Source: Octopus sinensis
Taxonomy: Eukaryota
NCBI RefSeq assembly: GCF_006345805.1
Contig: NC_043000.1
Location: 84,444,001 to 84,508,000, forward strand
Reading direction: 5' to 3'
Length of the DNA: 64,000 nucleotides
Shown: positions 1 through 13,032 of the stretch, piece by piece
How the letters are laid out: each line of letters opens with the position of its first letter
Numbering within the stretch: the stretch's first letter is position 1
The notes under the pieces: generated by a model
The model's input: only the letters and a program-made list of their open reading frames with translations
Told to the model about the DNA's origin: nothing
The model's database searches: none
Translations under genes and position numbers: made by a program

Positions 1-195
1 TGTATGTATGCATGTATGTATGTATGTATGTATGTATATAAAGAAAGAAAAGAGGGAGACGAAAATTTTAATTGACTTTCTTTGAAGTTTACTGCGTCGG
101 CCTCATGGCAAAGCGGTCTATTCATTACAATAGTTAGATAGTAATATTATTATTATTATTATTATTATTATTTTATTATTATTATTATTATTATT

Positions 196-737
196 GAGTG
201 AGAGAGCAGTGCATGCCATCAAAGTGACACAGGGGTAAAATATACGAAGCCTAGTATGCCCATCATGACTACACGTCTGATAAGGGTACACCAGGCACAT
301 GCATCACAACCATATGTGCGCGACATGGTGATCTTATGTCAAGATAAACAGTGCATGAGCTTGTAGGTGGGGCCCAGTTAGAATTTTCTTCAGGTCGAGT
401 AACCCATCCCGCTCAAAAGGTCCCTGAATAAGGATTGTTTAAGGATGATGAACGAAACACCCATGCTTCCAAGGATGAATTATTCAAATCCCAAAGAATT
501 CCTCTCAACACATAGCTATGATGCCACCCCACTACTTCTGTTCGTGATCAGAGATGCACATATCGTCAGCCACTAAGGGACATGCTCAACTGGTTGTGGT
601 CAAGCAAGTGACAAGCAAATCTGTGGTATTGAGCAGAATATTTGCTGTAGCCCATCTTTTATACCAAGACAAAACAATATACATGATAACGCTTCCAATC
701 AGTTAAGATCAGGAGCCATGAAGCCATGAGAGCCACT
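196..737 (-). mobile_element. ~555-bp non-coding (AAT)n-associated element, copy 1 of a tandem trimer
   Basis: Near-identical to 762-1303, 1327-1854, 27384-27940 and 63012-63568; bounded on both sides by (ATT)n; sense 3' end reads ...CTGCTCTCTCACTC(AAT)n on the minus strand. Confidence 0.85.
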
Positions 738-761
738 ATTATTATTATTATTATTATTATT

Positions 762-1303
762 GAGTGAGAGAGCAGTTCATCCCATCAAAGTGACACTGGG
801 GTAAAATATACGAAGCCCAATATACCCATCATGACTACCCGTCTGATAAGGGTACACCAGGCACATGCATCACAACCATATGTGCGCGACATGGTGATTT
901 CATATCAAGATAAACAGCACATGACCTTGCAGGTGGGGCCCAGTTAGAATTTTCTTCAGGTCGAGTAACCCATCCCGCTCAAAAGGTCCCTGAATAAGGA
1001 TTGTTTAAGGATGATGAACGAAACACCCATGCTTCCAAGGATGAATTATTCAAATCCCAAAGAATTCCTCTCAACACATAGCTATGATGCCACCCCACTA
1101 CTTCTGTTCGTGATCAGAGATGCACATATCGTCAGCCACTAAGGGACATGCTCAACTGGTTGTGGTCAAGCAAGTGACAAGCAAATCTGTGGTATTGAGC
1201 AGAATATTTGCTGTAGCCCATCTTTTATACCAAGACAAAACAATATACATGATAACGCTTCCAATCAGTTAAGATCAGGAGCCATGAAGCCATGAGAGCC
1301 ACT
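762..1303 (-). mobile_element. ~555-bp (AAT)n-associated element, copy 2 (chimera of copies 1 and 3)
   Basis: Left part identical to copy 3, right part identical to copy 1; separated from neighbours by short (ATT)n. Confidence 0.85.
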
Positions 1304-1326
1304 ATTATTATATTATTATTATTATT

Positions 1327-1854
1327 GAGTGAGAGAGCAGTTCATCCCATCAAAGTGACACTGGGGTAAAATATACGAAGCCCAATATACCCATCATGAC
1401 TACCCGTCTGATAAGGGTACACCAGGCACATGCATCACAACCATATGTGCGCGACATGGTGATTTCATATCAAGATAAACAGCACATGACCTTGCAGGTG
1501 GGGCCCAGTTAGAATTTTCTTCATGTTGAGTAGCCCATCCCGCTCAAAAGGTCCCTGAATAAGGGTTGTTTAAGGATGTTGAAAGAACCACCCATATTTC
1601 CAGAGGTGAATTATTCAAACCCCAAAGAATCCCTCTCAACACATGGCTATGATGCTCCCCCACTACTTCTGCTCGTGATCAGAGATGCACATATCGTCAG
1701 CCACTAAGGGACATGCTCAACTGGTTATGGTCAAACAACTGACAAGCAAATCTGTGGTATTGAGCAGAATATTTGCTGTAGCCCATCTTTTATACCAAGA
1801 CAAAATAATATACATGATAACACTTCCAATCAGTTAAGGTCAGAAGCCATGAGA
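1327..1854 (-). mobile_element. ~555-bp (AAT)n-associated element, copy 3
   Basis: Same sequence family; followed on the plus strand by a long (ATT)n/(ATC) tract at about 1855-1985. Confidence 0.85.
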
Positions 1855-1889
1855 TTATTATTATTATTATAATTATTATTATTATTATA

Positions 1890-1933
<44 letters not shown>

Positions 1934-1989
1934 CATTATTATTATTATTATTATTATCATTATTATTATTATTATCATTATTATTGTAT

Positions 1990-2184
1990 TTATCATCCAG
2001 TTGCCTAATTTTTATCACGTGCTTTCAGTGCACTACCGCATCTGGGTTAACTCTGTTTCAGGGTCTTTGTATTTTGATAGTGCCTTCGTTTTCTTTTTAG
2101 ATTCATTGTCATCTGTTGGGATTAATACATCGATTAGAAGGCATTTTTCTTGATGATCTCTGCCAACTGTATCAGGCCCGTTAG

Positions 2185-2230
<46 letters not shown>

Positions 2231-2860
2231 TACCTGTGTGTATTGGCGTATCCGAGATTATGGTTGCTTTGTCATTTTCTGAGATGTGCCTATACCATCT
2301 TTTTTCTGTTGTCATTCCATAGTGTTGGCATAGCTTCCAGTGTATACAGGTCACAACTCTGTCGTGTCTGGAGATATTCCTTCATAACCAGGACTGGGCA
2401 GCCAGAATCAATATAATTTATTGTTTCTTCCCCTAACCACATATTCTGCAGTTGTATTTTTCTTCATTGCGTGTTTCTAGTGATTTCTGGTGGGGAGACT
2501 TTGATCTTGTACAGCAATTAAAAAATCCTTCAGTCTACGCTTTGAGTCCTAAGCTTCTCAGGCATTGTGGGATTTTTACTTTGTCTATTTCTATTCTGTT
2601 TAGTTTATCCCAGTACTTGCCATGTAAGGGCTTTTGTTGCCATCGCTTTATCGTAGTACTTTGTTGTTCCAGTTTTGATTTCAGTTGTGTTACAACTTTT
2701 GTTGCCTCCTCTTTTTCATTATAGTTGTCAGGTGCACTGACTTCTTTCTCGTATTTTTGTTTTACTCGTGTTTTGTGGCTATTTGTACCAGTTGCCCTTG
2801 CTTCTGAATTAGATATTTCTGTAAGCCTATGGTGGTTATTTTATAACAGTTTTCTAGTTG
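1990..2860 (-). mobile_element. Degenerate 3' fragment of an R4/Dong-like (RLE-type) non-LTR retrotransposon
   Basis: Manual minus-strand translation gives LIAVQDQSLPTRN and ANGPDTVGRDHQEKCLLIDVLIPTDDN..KALSKYKDPE, matching FIIAAQDQCLPTRN and ANRPDIILKDFKQRTCLLIDMTVP..KLSKYKDLE of the 54581-56062 LINE; runs into (AAT)n on the sense strand. Confidence 0.7.
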
Positions 2861-2984
2861 TATATATATATATATTGGAATCTAAGCGCGCATATCAATT
2901 TACATATGTGTATACACACACACACACACACACACATACACACACATTCATCCACACACACACAAGCATGCACACACGTGTATA

Positions 2985-4075
2985 TATAGGATGTCTAAAA
3001 CCACACGCATAGAATGATTATGAAGTGAATGTTCTTTAAAATTAATTTTACTTTTTAATTATGCCTGCTTTCAAACTGATGACCGTTCTGCTCCAGGCAC
3101 TGTTAATAACTCAAAGCAATGGAATCGCAAACATCAAGAAACATTTCATTCGGTATTGTGAGTATTCTCCTTCAACGGCTTCACTAAATTTATCGACTGT
3201 TACCAAATTTGTACCGTGAGCTTTATCTTTTAAGCGTCCCTCTGAAAATAAATCTAGTGTTGTGAGACCGGTGAACGCCGAGAGTATTCTACTGAAACTC
3301 TTCCCACCATTTTTGCTGGAACTAACCTCCGCATCTTCAAAGTTGTTCTTGAATACTTCACATGATACATTGTTACAGCAAGCTCAAGTAAATGGGATCA
3401 GTCACAGTACTATCAAAAAATGTCGAATTAATCCTTCTGCAGATAAATCGCACCATACTGTAACACTTGGTAAAATAACATTATGTCCCTCCATAATATG
3501 CAGATTCTCAGGTACTTAGTATGGTCAATTGCGGCGATTGCATCAACACATTTTGGCAAGTACCTCTTACGAAACTTAATTTTTTGGTTCGGATCATCTT
3601 CATTGAGGACATGGATTATTCTTGGGATGTAACTTTTCCAATGGCATTGGCTCAAAAAGCGAAAGACGCTTGATTTTGAAATTCACATTTCACAACTAGC
3701 TTGCGGCACGTATTTCCTTGAACCTTATCATTACGTTTCTGGTGATCTATCTTGCTTTGTAGGCGCGTCTATGTACACGATAATGCGGAACGGTTCTTGT
3801 GGAAATTGTGGACAGTTCCATCTGCTTTAAGTTCATCTGTAATTCGAGTTACGGTAGGTGTTGCCGAGGGATTTGTTTATGACTTCCTCTTACACTGTTT
3901 TTGCACATCGACTGCGTTTTTTAGAATTTAAGTAGAACTTTAGGACAAATTCCCTTTGTTCAAAGATTAGTCTTTGTCCCCTCATTATTATTTCTAAGGG
4001 ATTAATCTAAAAACGAAAGTAAATTGAGTAATCATCTGTGAAAGTGTGCACACATTTTAGAGCCACCCTGTGTAT
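2985..4075 (-). mobile_element. Degenerate Tc1/mariner-type DNA transposon
   Basis: ORF 3428-3655 (IHVLNEDDPNQKIKF, like HELNEDDPDRR of Tc1-like transposases); other frames give ISKSSVFR (HTH) and TPLDLFSEGRLKDKAH (SPDLTPLDF.LWG.LK-like); ends only weakly resemble TIRs. Confidence 0.55.
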
Positions 4076-4097
4076 ATATATATGTGTGTGTGTGTGT

Positions 4098-4139
<42 letters not shown>

Positions 4140-5762
4140 CACGCACACACACACATACGATATAGTGCTCAAAGGTTCCTGGCTTTCGGTGAAAGAAAAT
4201 ATAAGAGGATCAGTTAATTTTGATTTTAATCAACATATTCCCTTCTCAGATTCACACACTTATTACAGCAGTCTGTAAAAACTAACACTTCCTTTTTTCG
4301 ATCTGAGATTCGAAACCGAATCTAAGGATTCTCACTCGTCTGATCCACCACTGGCCAAACAGGTGCGAAAGAAAATTTTTTGTCCTGTCAAAAAGGGATG
4401 GATGGATTTCCCTACGACCTACGACCTGAGCCGTGTCATTTAAGGTTCAAGTGGACAGGAGGCAACCTACATAGGTAGAAATTACTCCTGTGGTGTGTCC
4501 GTCCTTCTAGCTGTCATAATTATTATAAATACAGTCAGACATACGACAAAGGAGATAGCCATCACCAGGTGAGACAGCCAACGAGTAACTTGCGCCAATC
4601 AAGTTACCAACATAGAACCACATATTCAGACTCCACCGAATGACCAACGCACACACAGACACTAAATATGCCCGGTTCTACCTCGTCATATCGACACAGT
4701 ATTTCCCTTGTTTATTTTCTTCTTTCCCTACTCGAAACGAGTTGGTAATGTCTGGTGTATACAACACGTAAATGTCGATTAAATAAATTATTTAAACCAC
4801 CATTCGATGCTTTCCCATTGTTTTGCTTTGATGTCGTCCACATGCCTATTTCATCTGCTACCTCAACATCTTTTGCTGCACCTTTCCCACTACAGTTTTC
4901 TAAGCCCTGTAAAGGAACTCGAAAGGCTAGACTTCCAACCAAGGTTTTCGCGATACCCATAAAACCACAAACTTTTCAGCCCTCCTTGTAAGCATGTGTA
5001 TGTGAGTGTGTGTGTGTGTACTTCCATTACTTTTTCTCTCAATCAGAATCACTTCTCTTCAACTGAGGCCTCCTCAATGTCAAACTGAACTCTCTCTGTC
5101 TCTGTCTCTGTCTCTGTCTCTCTTTCCCCTTACCTCTCAATCTTCCTCTTTCCCTCAGTTTTCCCGTCTCTAATACTCTATTTATTAAACACCCACGGTC
5201 AATAACTCTCTTACTTTATCATGTTACCTCTCTAATTGTCTCTCTACTATACAAGGCCATGTTTCATCTCTCTGCCTCGGGTCTCTTATTTACACAACTT
5301 CGTCATCTCCTCTTTTGTTCTTTTTCATATCTTCGTATAAACTGTATCTGATGTCCTGATTTTTTCTAATATTTGCAACTTGAAGTTTTTCCTCACTGTC
5401 TCTTTCGCTCCCACTCTGTCACCTTCCTATTTATCCGTCCAACCACCTGCTTTTCGCATTGCAATACATTCTTTTTTCTTCTACCTTCCTCAGTACTTCG
5501 TTTCGTATTCCTGTAATGTGACAAAAGAGAAACGTATCTTTCCTTTAAAATATTACATGCATGAGTAGATTTTCCAGTGTGTGTGTGTGAGTGTGTGTCT
5601 GTGCGTGTGTGTGTGTGCGTGTGTGTGTGCATGTATATGTACACTCATGGTGCTCCTTTTCACGGTGGTGCTCCAGCATGATGAAACCCGCATAGCTGAA
5701 ACGAGTAAATGAGTAAAAGAATATAAAATACACACACATATATGTGTGTCTATGTATTTATT

Positions 5763-5803
<41 letters not shown>

Positions 5804-5807
5804 TTAG

Positions 5808-5935
<128 letters not shown>

Positions 5936-6899
5936 ATGAAAGGAAAGAAGTAAAATGGTTGCAAAAATAGAGAGAGTGAAGCAAAATGTTCACATCCTGG
6001 AGTGTTGAGTAAATTGGTTTGATAGAATAACTTTAGATTCATGCACTTGATGCCTTGTACCATTAAGAAGTCAAAATAAATCTCTTAAATATATATGAAA
6101 ATTTTATGAAATAAATAGATTAAGATTTGGTAAAGGTACTTACAAATAACCAAACAAACAAAAAATAAAGATAAACCTTTAAGAAGAGAATTATTGTAAG
6201 GTAAGAAGAAAACATTCAGATAAAGACAGTAAGAAATAGTGTACGAGAAAATGCAAAACAGTCAGACAGTATTAACTAAAGCACGATGAAATTAAATATA
6301 CAATAGAGAGATAGCCGGTGATAACGGTTACAGAATATTCACGTGATTTTCGCCTTCAATAAAACATCAATAAAATTTCCACAATAGTGATTTAGTCTCG
6401 AAGATAAGACTAGCAATGTCTTCAGATGTTGATAGACATACGGATCTTATTGTTCCATATAAAATATAACGTTTATGCAGGCAATACGACAAACCTTAAA
6501 TGAAAAAGTAAAACTAAATCATAGTAATATTCTCAGTAATACACACATAGACGTGTATTCTTACACCTGTGGAACAACATACACATATACGAGACTTACA
6601 AACGCAAATATACATGTGTACAAGTTTGAGCGAGCGCATGCTTGTTTGGTTGCATGAGTGTGTAGAACACTGATGAAACGATAGAGCACAATTTGAGCTG
6701 CGTTGTCCAATAACGCCTTTGTTCACACATGCAATATGTATGTATACATGTGCATGCGTATGTGTATGTAAATGTGAATATACATACATATATACGTATA
6801 TATAAAGAGATAGATGGATGGATGTATATGCACATTTATCTATCTATATCTATAATATGTATGTATGCGTGTGTATATGTATATATGTATGTATAGTAG

Positions 6900-6926
6900 A
6901 ATAGATAGAAAGATAGACAGACAGAC

Positions 6927-6957
<31 letters not shown>

Positions 6958-7019
6958 CAGAGAGATAGATAGCTAGCTAGCTAGCTAGATAGATAGATAG
7001 ATGGATGGATGGATGGATG

Positions 7020-7069
<50 letters not shown>

Positions 7070-7222
7070 ATAGATAGATAGATAGATAGATAGGTAGACA
7101 GAGAGACACACAGGCATACAGACATACATACAGACAGACAGACGGACGGACGGACGGACGGACGGACGGGAGGATGGACGGGCGAATGGATGGATGGATG
7201 GATGGATGGATGGATGGATGGA
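6900..7222. repeat. Compound tetranucleotide microsatellite (GATA/GACA/GACG/GATG/GCTA)
   Basis: Direct reading. Confidence 0.9.
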
Positions 7223-8174
7223 TAGCATCAGGTTTAAAAGTAGTAAACTGTTTTTTGGGTTGAACTAGGCAATATAAAGGTGTAAATGCTTGCTTCTTGC
7301 TATTTGGGAAACAATTGCTGAACAGTCACAAATTCCACGGGCTCTTCAACAAAAGCAGCATTAGTTGAGTTACAACAGGGTAAAAAGTATTTTCTAAAGG
7401 TATCAACATCAATGGACATAATTGTAAAGTAATGCAACGAAACAGCGTAAAAAGATCCAATGGAAGATTGCCTCTAAAAGGTTAGAGAAGGCTAGAGGGA
7501 TTGCATTACTTACGGCATTATGTATGTATCAACATCACATCAATGAACAATAGAAGACATACAGAAAACTCCTTGCTCCACCAGTATAACAATACATTTC
7601 ATCACCGCCTCTTGGAAAATACCACAACCCCTTCAAAGTACATTTAGAAATCGGGAAACAAAGGTGAAACCTTTAGTATCTCATATTCAGTATAAGATAA
7701 AGAACAGGAACGAACAAAACCATGATTCAGGTTTATAATTCTTGTTTATTTTACTTATATATGCATTTACCCATTCTCAACATAGTATTCCGCGATTTAA
7801 CTTTCTTTTGTAGCCTAACACAAGATCTCACTCGGTCATTCACTTATTTATTTACTCTCTCCACCCCTCTCTCTCTTTCTTTCTTTCTCTCTCTCTCTCT
7901 CTCTCTCTCTCGATGTGTATGTGTGTATGAGCAAATATGTGTATTTATGTATTTGTATTGTGAGAGACGGTGAGATGCAGACCGACATATCGACAGACAA
8001 GCAGAACTAGAGTTACACAGAGAAAGACAGGCAGACAGAGACAGACAGACGGAAAGAAAGAGAGAGAGGTGATGTATGTGTGTGTTTTTTTTTCTGTTTG
8101 TTTTTTTTTTGGTACATAAGTTAATTTTGAAAATAAACACAAGTGCCATCTTCGCATTACGGTAATTTATTATC

Positions 8175-8318
8175 TTTTCTACTCAATGCACAAGGACCGA
8201 AATTTTGGGGGAGGGGGCCAGTCGATTAAATCGACCCCAGTATGTAACTGGTACTTAATTTATCGACCCCAAAAGGATGAAAGGCAATGTCGACCTCGGC
8301 AGAATTTGAACTCAGAAC
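8175..8318 (-). mobile_element. tRNA-derived SINE family B, 3' portion
   Basis: Reverse complement of GTTCTGAGTTCAAATT..GAGGTCGAC..CCTTT.GGGGTCGATAAATTAAGTACCAG, shared with 16730-16945. Confidence 0.8.
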
Positions 8319-9578
8319 AATCGCTAGTCTTTCAATGATCCTATCACCAGGTCAAACTAGACGATACCATCTTGTCATCCTTTAGTCCGGCACGGAAATT
8401 GTACCATTTAATCACTTGGTACATCAGTTATCTGGCATTGTTCAGTTTATACCGTTTAACATTACCTAAACACAAGTATATTGCAATCAATCACCCTTTA
8501 CTTTGTTTCACCTTCATCATCTCTAACCTCTCATCTATTAAACTAAATTAAAGAGATATTTATATCCCTCTTCTCTACTGAAGCGATATATATCGTTATC
8601 TAGCATCATCTTAATCGATCAGATGTATTGATCAGTGAGTGATCAGCCCTATTGCTATTATTTGGTTGTAACTTTTGACGCCAATCTGGGTTCCAAGAGT
8701 CAGAAGAGAGTAAACGAAGCGAATACATACGCGAAGAGAATATGGATTATAGGCTAGGTTCACCAGAAACCTGCGGTGCTTACCACTGTGCACAACATAA
8801 TTCCTATCTATTCAGCGAAGTAGCATCCATCTCGAAATTGTTAACAAATCCCCTTTAGTCACATCCTACACTTTGACAAAAGAGAACATGTATAATGTAA
8901 TCCTTGATCTAAAGAAATGAGCCAGTGGCCACAAACATGAATCTAGATAAATCGGGTAGGTGGTGATGTACTGAAAGACGCATGTAAAATACTCTCAATT
9001 AATTGAAATTTGCCTTTCAGTTGCTGAAGAAAACAAAAGCCAGTTGCTGGATATTCTCAAAGAAAAAGTTGAGAAATGCTAGGTAGATATATCAAAGCAA
9101 GACAGGACGGTCCCTGCTGTTATGCCTTTGATCATATATCTACTCTCACGGGCAGATGTAGAGCTAAAACAAAGCAATATACTTCTAGATTTATTCCATT
9201 TAACAACAATAACTACAACAACAAAAACGACGATGACGACGAGGGATACACTCGAAGGATTAATATTTGAACCCTCAAAATCAATATTTAGATTTATTTT
9301 CCTTATCACCTTATTCAGTCCAAAACACATATGAGGTTAACCAAACTCTCCCCATATTCGAAGGGATTGGCTTCTGAATCTATTTATGTTGATAATTAGT
9401 TCATGCATTAAAAAAGGGACATTATAAATCACACCACCAGTTAATCTGTTCAAAGCTCGATATTTTAATAGTTCTAGTTTTGTGGTTTACATTTTATTTG
9501 TAATTGTTTTCTTTTTCTAACACCTCTCCCTCTCCTTCTCCTTCTCCTTCTCTCCCTCTCTCTTTCTCTCTTTCTATG

Positions 9579-9626
<48 letters not shown>

Positions 9627-10802
9627 CCCTAATCATAAATAGTTCCCGCTATCGTGTCATGTCTGCTGATTAAATGTCTTTTATACTGAAGTTCGACTAC
9701 GGCATGCAGTGAAACGGATTAAATATGTATTAAGATTTTAATCTAAATCCCTTTTATTACAACAGTGGGGACTCTTAATATTTATAAGTAATTTACAATG
9801 TATTTCATACACAAGCATAGAAATCTCCTATTGTTTTGTATTCGGAGGAGAAGCGACTGTACGCAAAACTTTCACAGGCCCGCCAAGATTCGATGCATGA
9901 ACAAGTGAATTGAGATTAATATGGCTAATGTTTAATTCGAATTCACAAAGTTTAATACACAGAGTAAACAATGTATATTCCGGGAATAATAAATAGATTA
10001 ATTTCTTTTGGTGAAAGATTCAATAAAAGAGCATTGGTAATAAAACACACCTGACTGAATGAAAGAAAGGTGGAGGCAGTATACGTTGTGTTTGATGTGA
10101 GGTGTATTATTATTTAGCGAGTTAAAAGGAATATTGACCTTTGTGGAAAGTATGAATGAGCAAAGCTATTGCCTTTGATTAACAGCCTACAATCTACCAA
10201 GTGGTCGGTGGTTTTTACTATGTACCTAGCAGATCACTGTCTGTAGCGAAAGCATTTAACTCGCAAGTGGCTCACCTCGACTTCTAATCAGTAATAATAC
10301 TACAATTGATGAACAATTTGTTAGCTTGCAGTATTTATGTGAGTACAGGACTAGATCCCGCTTATCTGATTTGCTCTAGATACCTGACTTGGTCCCTTAG
10401 CTGTTGTATAATGCGTGTCTCATGATACAGGGAACTTGCAATTGAAACCGTCTTAGGAACTTTATTCAGCGTGTATTTACCTCTACTCTAATTAAGAAAT
10501 AACGACAACTAATTAACAAATAACGACTGGGAAATTAAGCTCCCTTCACGTTTGTAGTAACAATTAAGAAAAAAAAACACAAATATTCAGTGAAGAGGAT
10601 GAGATTTTGTAACACTCATGCGTTTTCTCGCTTAAATTTGGCAGCTCAAGTAACAGATTTACAAAGGGGAATTGAAAATGTTATCATGGACTCGTCTTGT
10701 AGTAGATTAACATTCTCCAACCATACCACACCGACATATTTAGAATTTAAGATTAACTACAATTATACACCCATTCATGAATTTAACTTTCTTAACCTGC
10801 TG

Positions 10803-10837
<35 letters not shown>

Positions 10838-11346
10838 ATATATCATTGTGTATATATCCATTGATTTTTTTCCCTCATTTTCTTTTAATGTGAGATAAAT
10901 TTGTGATCAAAAACCGAGTGAGTTTGTTATAGGAATTAGATAAATATAAAGAACTGTTTAGGAATATGTTTACATACCTCTCTTTGATTTACCGCTCGAA
11001 GAAATTTTTGAAATGGTAATTCTGGCTGGTGGCTTCTCCTTTCCGTTTGTTTTATATGATATTCATTTATCATTTGACTGCACCCAACCACACACCGTTC
11101 TTTTCTCTATCCTATATTTTATCTCCCCGCTTTTATCTCGATATCATTCTCCGAACACCATAATTATACCTTTAACCAACTGCTGCCAGCTGATCAATAG
11201 ATGCAATTCCCCTACTTAAATTCTTTCGTTTAATCGCAATTACTTTTTGATTTTCTACATGAAGCACATGCGCTGAAATAACCGTAATCATGGATTTTAC
11301 ACACGCGTGTATCTATGAGTGAGTGTGTGTGTGTGTGTGTGTGTGT

Positions 11347-11379
<33 letters not shown>

Positions 11380-11863
11380 GAGAGTGTGTGTGTGAGAGAG
11401 AGAGTTAGTGAGCGAGTGAGTGTATGTTTGAGTGTGTGTGCATGTATGTGTGAGTGAGTGTGTCTGCGCGCGCACGCGTGTATACATATATTTGTAACTG
11501 TATGTGTGGGTATCTGTGTGTTTGAAAGAATGTGTATATCGATATTTATATATATGTATACTCTTGTGTATATCGACTTAAATGTGTATTTACATATGAG
11601 AATATCTAATTATGAGTCTATCAATATCCTATATAAATATTTATTTATCTACGACAAACAAAAAAAAAAAAGAAAGAAAGAAATGAAATTCGTGGATTGG
11701 GGAACGTTTGTTTTTACAAACGAAAACTATTGAATATATCAGGTAGAATATGTATATTTTATTAGACGTTGAAGCATTTGGGAATCTAACTCGCAGTTTA
11801 ACGCTACCGATCATTCAAACGACTGAATTGAAGGTAAACGTGAAACTCAAAATTCAATAACTT

Positions 11864-11898
<35 letters not shown>

Positions 11899-11906
11899 GC
11901 TGCTGC

Positions 11907-11947
<41 letters not shown>

Positions 11948-12069
11948 ATACGAATGTGTACATATGCATACGCATATGCATATATGTATGTAAATATATA
12001 TATGTATGTACACACACATATATACATGTATATATTACTCTATACACAATCATACAAACCCCTTTGTAC

Positions 12070-12111
<42 letters not shown>

Positions 12112-12141
12112 TGAGAGAGAGAGAGATAGATAGATAGATAA

Positions 12142-12220
<79 letters not shown>

Positions 12221-12781
12221 CACACACACACATATATATATATTTATACCTATACATACCTACCATACAAATACAGATATACATGCATACCATATTTCAA
12301 CTCATATGTACGTTTTTGCATTTAACTACACACATAGTCATGTACGCATTTCTATATGTGTTTGCGCGCGCATACAGGAAAGTAAATTTATCTGTTCAAT
12401 AGTTCACTTCCTCTTTGACAGCATAAATGGTATTCTTTAGTACACTGCTGTATTCTTTAGGATATCGATTCTATCAGGATTCTTGTTCACATTGCTAAAA
12501 CCATTTGCTGTTTAGCCCAACGCAGCAGCTCTGAGCTAATAGGCATATGATCAAAGGTTACCAGACTTATCTAACCCATCTTTTATTCAAATAGTTTTAT
12601 CTTTTATCATTTAATTCTTTCAGTCATTGGATTGTGACCATGCTGGGCCACCGCCTACAAGGCTTCAGTCAAACAAATATACCTCTGTACTTATTTTTAA
12701 GCGAGGTTTTTAATCTATCGCACTTCTGCCGAACCGGTATGTTGCGGGGTCATAAACTAACCAACAACGATTATCACAACA

Positions 12782-12839
<58 letters not shown>

Positions 12840-12937
12840 ACGGGAAGCTTTATGAAAATAGACAAAAGACGAAGGCAGGTGGGAAACAAACAAACAATTG
12901 TATTAGTATGGCGCTCAGGAAATATAAATAAAACAAG

Positions 12938-12975
12938 TCTTTAACGTTTCGAGCCTACGCTCTTCAACAGAAAGA
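12938..12975 (-). ncRNA. Minimal type-I hammerhead ribozyme motif (core mutated) in the PLE 3' tail
   Basis: UCUUU-CUGUUGA-A-GAGC(GUAG)GCUC-GAAA-CGU-U-AAAGA: 5-bp stem I, 4-bp stem II, palindromic ACGU; core CUGUUGA instead of CUGANGA. Confidence 0.7.
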
Positions 12976-13032
12976 TACACAGAGAGAAAAAAAAACACAG
13001 AAAGAAGGAGAGAAAAAAAATGCGTGCAGTAA

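Noticed and set aside
4712-4991. Possible host exon (82-aa and 78-aa overlapping ORFs)
   Set aside because: No recognisable domain, no convincing splice-site pair and no neighbouring exons.
7380-7740. Possible decayed GIY-YIG/PLE 3' fragment
   Set aside because: Similarity is only impressionistic, with stops in all frames and no intact motif.
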